Source: the human T2T-CHM13v2.0 reference genome, Homo sapiens. From it: a stretch of DNA of 64,000 nt. Made by a program: the position numbers and the translations under genes. Positions 58,927 through 64,000 of the stretch are shown one piece after another. The notes below the pieces were generated by a model. That model was not told where the DNA came from. It saw only the letters and a program-made list of their open reading frames with translations, and made no database searches. Each line of letters opens with the position of its first letter. Position 1 is the stretch's first letter. Location of the stretch: the NCBI RefSeq assembly GCF_009914755.1, contig NC_060925.1. The stretch is one strand, 5' to 3'.

Positions 58927-60469
58927 ATATAAGCCAAACATATGTATGATTGAGTTTTTTACTATTCAGCTGGATATCTAAGGAGAATGAATAAAACATT
59001 ATGCTATTTTATACTATATGTATTGTTTATGCAAAGAAATAATTTGGTTTTCTCAGAAATGTCTTCTTTATCCTCAGTCCTTCTGTGAATGCGTATAATT
59101 GCTATGTTGAGCTAAAATCAGTCCTTTCCTGAACACATGGGGGGATGGGATGGCTAGGGGGCAGATGGAATGGGTAGGGAATCTCCAACCTCTTGTAAGT
59201 ATATGGAGCATGTAACACAATTTTTTTTATTTCAGTCCTGTCACTGGGGTGTCTGTGTTTACCTTGAAAGGAGAGGAAATCCCCCAACTAGTCAAGAGAT
59301 TTTATTTTTGGCCCAGAAACCAGATTTTTATATGACATTTTCCTTGTGTCTATTCTTTACTCTCTCTGGTTGTAAATTTTCACTCACAAATGAACATTTG
59401 GAATATATTACAGAACTCATCGTTTCTTTCCCCCTGAATAATCCATGTAATTTTTACTCCATACTCCCATTTTTTAAAAACTGAAGAAATCACTGATGTC
59501 CCCAAGCCATTTAAATTACCTGAACTTCTTTATGATGTGATAATTCTTTGGGAGTCCTTTTAGCTCATTTTCAATGGCTACATATAGAGTAAGAAGGATA
59601 AACCTCAGAAGCTATATTAACTTTCATTTATGCTCTCTATCATAAAAATGATTTTAAAACATTTTTATTGACTGAAAAAGGCTAAAAGTCAAAATAGTCT
59701 ATTTTACCTTTTTATCGTTGAGTGTGCTAATCATAAAAAATTATATTAGAATGAACTCTAATGGATTTTATCATTAGGACACACATCTAACAAACGTGTG
59801 GTGTCTTCAACGACCTCCTTGTATCACGCAGCCTGTGTTTATGCTCACAAGAACAGAATGGTCCCTTAACCGTGGGATTCTTCTGTTCAGTCACAGCCTT
59901 TATTTGGCATCATGGTTAGAGATAATCTAATTACAAGGTATACTTTAAATGGTTCTAGAAAGGTCTTGTTCCTGCCTGTGGGGGAATTACTAGAGTGCAG
60001 TATAGCTCTGCATCTGGAAGAGATGTGTCTGAGTGTAAATCTGATGGTGGATGACTTGCAAAAGATGGTACTGGTACTCAGCATTCATGCTGGGCTTGAG
60101 AAATGTCACTGAAATTTATGTGGACACCATTAGTCTGATGGACATGACTGAGCTGTCTGTTCCCCACACTTAGATCTAGTGGAGTAGGGGAATCTGAATG
60201 CCTGAGTGTAAAAAAGAGTCACAAAGCAGTTAGCATCATTAAGACTTGGAATGTTTGCAAGAAGAAACATGTTCAAGTGTCATTAATAGTTCAGATTTAA
60301 ATCAGCTCATGATAGGTTTGTATTGATAAGATACATAAGTAGTACTCCCCCGCGCCCTCACCCAGAAGTAGGGATCTTGGTAGCATGGTACACTGAAAGG
60401 AGCAAGAGCTTTGGTTTCCTGGGTTCAAATCCTGGCTCCTCCACTCACTGATTGTGTAGCCTCTCACCT

Positions 60470-60890
60470 TCTTAAGGACTGCACTGCCTCAGGCACCCTC
60501 TCTTCTCTGAGTCATGGCTTTCTGCCTGTCTGCTGGACCATTCCCATCAGTAGACAAGCATGCTGGACTCTCTCCCACCTTCAGAAAGCTATCCCTTGCT
60601 TCCCTCCCTCTTCCTGTAGCCACTACCCTATTTTTCTGCTCTCCTGTGCAGATTCCTCCTTCGTTTCATGGAAGTTGACTACACCATTTCCCCTGTTTCT
60701 TCACTTCCCATTGATTTTATAAACCATGCTATCCTGTCTTCTATGTGCCTCACTCTCCTGGAACTCACTTTTCAAGACTGTCAGAAACATTCATGTTGCC
60801 AAATCCAGTGGACCCTTTTCTGTCCTCATTATACGTGATCTCTCAGTGGCATTCAACTCAGTTGATTGCAGCCTTCTCCTTGAAACACTT
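60470..60890 (+). mobile_element. L2 internal fragment
   Basis: catgttgccaaatccagtggacccttttctgtcctcat...ccttctccttgaaacact. Confidence 0.65.
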
Positions 60891-61745
60891 CTTAGTTTCT
60901 ATAAAGATATACTCTCCAATGAGTTAAATGCCTCAACTTAGTTGCCTGTTTAGATGCTGACTTTAGACACTCGGGGGCCTTCCTTGATTTTTACACATTA
61001 CTGAATTCTAAATAATTGTGTGTGTGTTATAGCCTCTGGTTAAGTGAGCTATTTATTACTGCATTGTAATATATAGTCTAGGCTTGGACACTATCAACAA
61101 GTCTTAAGAGAAGAATTTTTGTCCTTTCTTGTTATAGATAGATAACATGGTTTGCAGGAGGCTTTATAGAAAAAGCAACTTGTTGAATAGGCAAGAGGCC
61201 TATAGTAAATATAAAACATTTATATACTCTTTTGCAACTCAACATCTGGGGTCATTATCTTCTTCTAAATCTATGTGATATTTATTTTGTGGAGGTTCTG
61301 TGTTAGAATCGCTGATAATTCATTCAGTGTGTGTTTGATAAAATCTTAACTGATCCTTACTAAGGCCAAGAGAAAACTTTGATATATAAGACAAATGATT
61401 CCTAGTATACTTCAGAGTGGGTTTTTTTGCATACACTTTTGTATCTGATATACCCTTCCTTTTTTTCCCCCTTTGGATAACCAAATTTAAAACTTCAGCT
61501 ATAAATATACTTTATTGACTTAAATAGGACACTGTTTTTATAGTATACTAGGGAAACTACATGAGGGTTTTATAAAATGTATGCACTTGAGAACCAGAGA
61601 GACCTGGATCTGCAGTACCATCTAATAGCTGTATGATCCTAGACAAATTGTTTAACATCACTTGATATCTAATTTCTGTAATATTAAGTTATTGGTAGAA
61701 AAGATAATAATACCTACCTATCTCAGATGAAAATGTAAGGATTTG

Positions 61746-62169
<424 letters not shown>

Positions 62170-63360
62170 TTAATCTCTGTAGCTGCCTCCTGCCTCTCTT
62201 GAGGCCACTTGATGGATGAAGGCTTCCAGTTGCCTTTAAGCCTTTAAGTTTGGTGTAATCGTTGTTCTGGTAATAACAGTTATAAAAATAGGTTGTTGGG
62301 AATTAGATGATGACAATGAACAGGACACTATCCAAGTCATGAACAATTAAACTTGTAACATTTTGGGGTCCTCTCTAACCTGCTTATTGTATTGGATTTA
62401 AAAACTAAAGTGCTGAGGTTGCTTGCTTTCAGAGTTTCTCTCCGTTTGTGACTATAAATGAACATTATTGAAACTAAACTTTCTATTCTTGACTTTGTCA
62501 CTTTGAAGAAAAGAACATACACCAGTTATATCTTCTCTGACAACTTGAATTACATCTCCCAAACTCCTGCGACAGACAAGATAAGGTCCTGCTGTCCCGA
62601 GCAGCACTTACCAGGGATACTTTTAACAGGAGAATGAATTTTTGGATAGGTGCTCTAACAAAGTAAGCACTAACACTGAGAAGTTACAGTTCCTTTTGAA
62701 AAATCCAGCATGTTGTTCGGTTGTCACTGGAATAATTATAGTTTATGGTGATCCTTCCCTTCTCTTCCATTCCCATTAATGTTGTAGCTCCTTTGACTCC
62801 TAAAAATCTCCCCTTTAAGAAGATACCTAAGGAAGAAAAAACAGCTTTGTACTTCCTAATGATTCCTGCAGTGTTTCCTTTACTATTGTCACTATGGAGT
62901 TCTTGGTCAAAGTGTCTGAAAAATATCATAACTTGGGAGTAGGGGAGAGGTGAAATTAATTATGATTGGTTTTCTTCTTTTTATTTTATGTGATATCAAA
63001 TTGCAGTGAAAAATTCCCTAAAACAAATTTTAACTTCTTAGGGGAGACCCCAAGAATTTGAGTTTTTTTCCCACGTCACTCAATCTAATTTTGTTATTGA
63101 TGTTTCTCGAAAGAATCAGGAGAAGTAGAAATTTTCAAAAGTATTTATGTCCCTCGAAAATTACCACTTTTTAGTTCCCTTTCTAAGAATACGTCTTACC
63201 GTTTTCTCTAGGTGACTAGGCTAGTGAAAGACTATACAACCTAGGGTGGATTAGGTAAAAATAAGGGAAACTTTCAGAATTATAGAGAGTAATTATTGTA
63301 CAGTAAACATCTTTAATACACACATGTCTAGCATTGCAGTCGTCTTATATTTGAATATCA

Positions 63361-64000
63361 TGTTTGTTTTCTGTACTGCAGAACAAATTTTCACAGAGTT
63401 AGCAACTTGAAGCAACACACAGTTATTAATATTATCTCACAGTTTCCATGGGTCTGGAGCCTGGCCACGGCTGAACTAGATCTTCTGCTTAGGTCATACA
63501 AGGCTGCAATGAGAATTTTGTTCAGACTCCATTTCTTTCTGGAGCTCAAGGGCCTGTTGCTGACTCTCGTGATTGTTGGCAGAATTCAGTTGCTTGTGGA
63601 TGTGGGACTAAGGTCCCTGCTTTCTGAAAGCTGTCAGCAAGGGGCCCCACTCAGCTCCCAGAGGCCCCTGCAGTTCCTTACCATGTGGCTGTCACAGGCC
63701 CTTTCACAATATGGCAGCTGACTTCTTCAAAGCCTGAAGAAGAATCTCTCTGACTTCTAATTCCTTTTATACAAGGCTCCCCTGATTAGGTCAGGCCCTC
63801 CAGGGATAATATATTTTTCCTTAACTCAAACTCACCTGATTGGGGACCTTAATTATATCTGTAGAAGTCTTTTGCAATATAACATAACCTAATCAATATA
63901 ATCACCTTTGCGGTATAATATAACCTATTCACAAGAATGACATTTATCATATTCACAAGTATCTCACACATGCAAGAGGAGAGGATTATATAAGGCATCA
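63361..64000. mobile_element. MLT1 (MLT1E-like) MaLR LTR, running to the window end
   Basis: atctcacagtttcc...ttgttggcagaattcagttgcttgtgg...cctgattaggtcaggccc...cttaactcaaa. Confidence 0.75.

Overview
Primate (most likely human) genomic DNA from the middle of the NFIA (nuclear factor I A) gene, transcribed on the + strand. The window holds three internal coding exons: 17319-17393 (75 nt), 37269-37386 (118 nt) and 43970-44097 (128 nt), which are exons 4-6 in the usual numbering. All have canonical AG/GT splice sites and splice into one open frame ([107 protein letters not shown]). The rest is intron, containing about 20 Alus, L1, L2, L3/CR1 and MIR fragments, MaLR LTRs (THE1, MLT1), hAT and Tigger DNA transposons, and microsatellites. 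I see no evidence for a new gene or multi-gene system, and nearly all other ORFs in the track are repeat-derived or chance. The best leads are: a ~105 bp CpG-dense non-repeat patch that reads as five consecutive small hairpins (52758-52864); a ~106 bp local sequence copied into the tail of an L1 insertion (11171/11928); a 17-bp-stem hairpin of pre-miRNA size (28638-28697); and an in-frame cryptic acceptor inside exon 5. Repeat subfamily names come from recalled consensus sequences and are approximate, as are the boundaries of old repeats.
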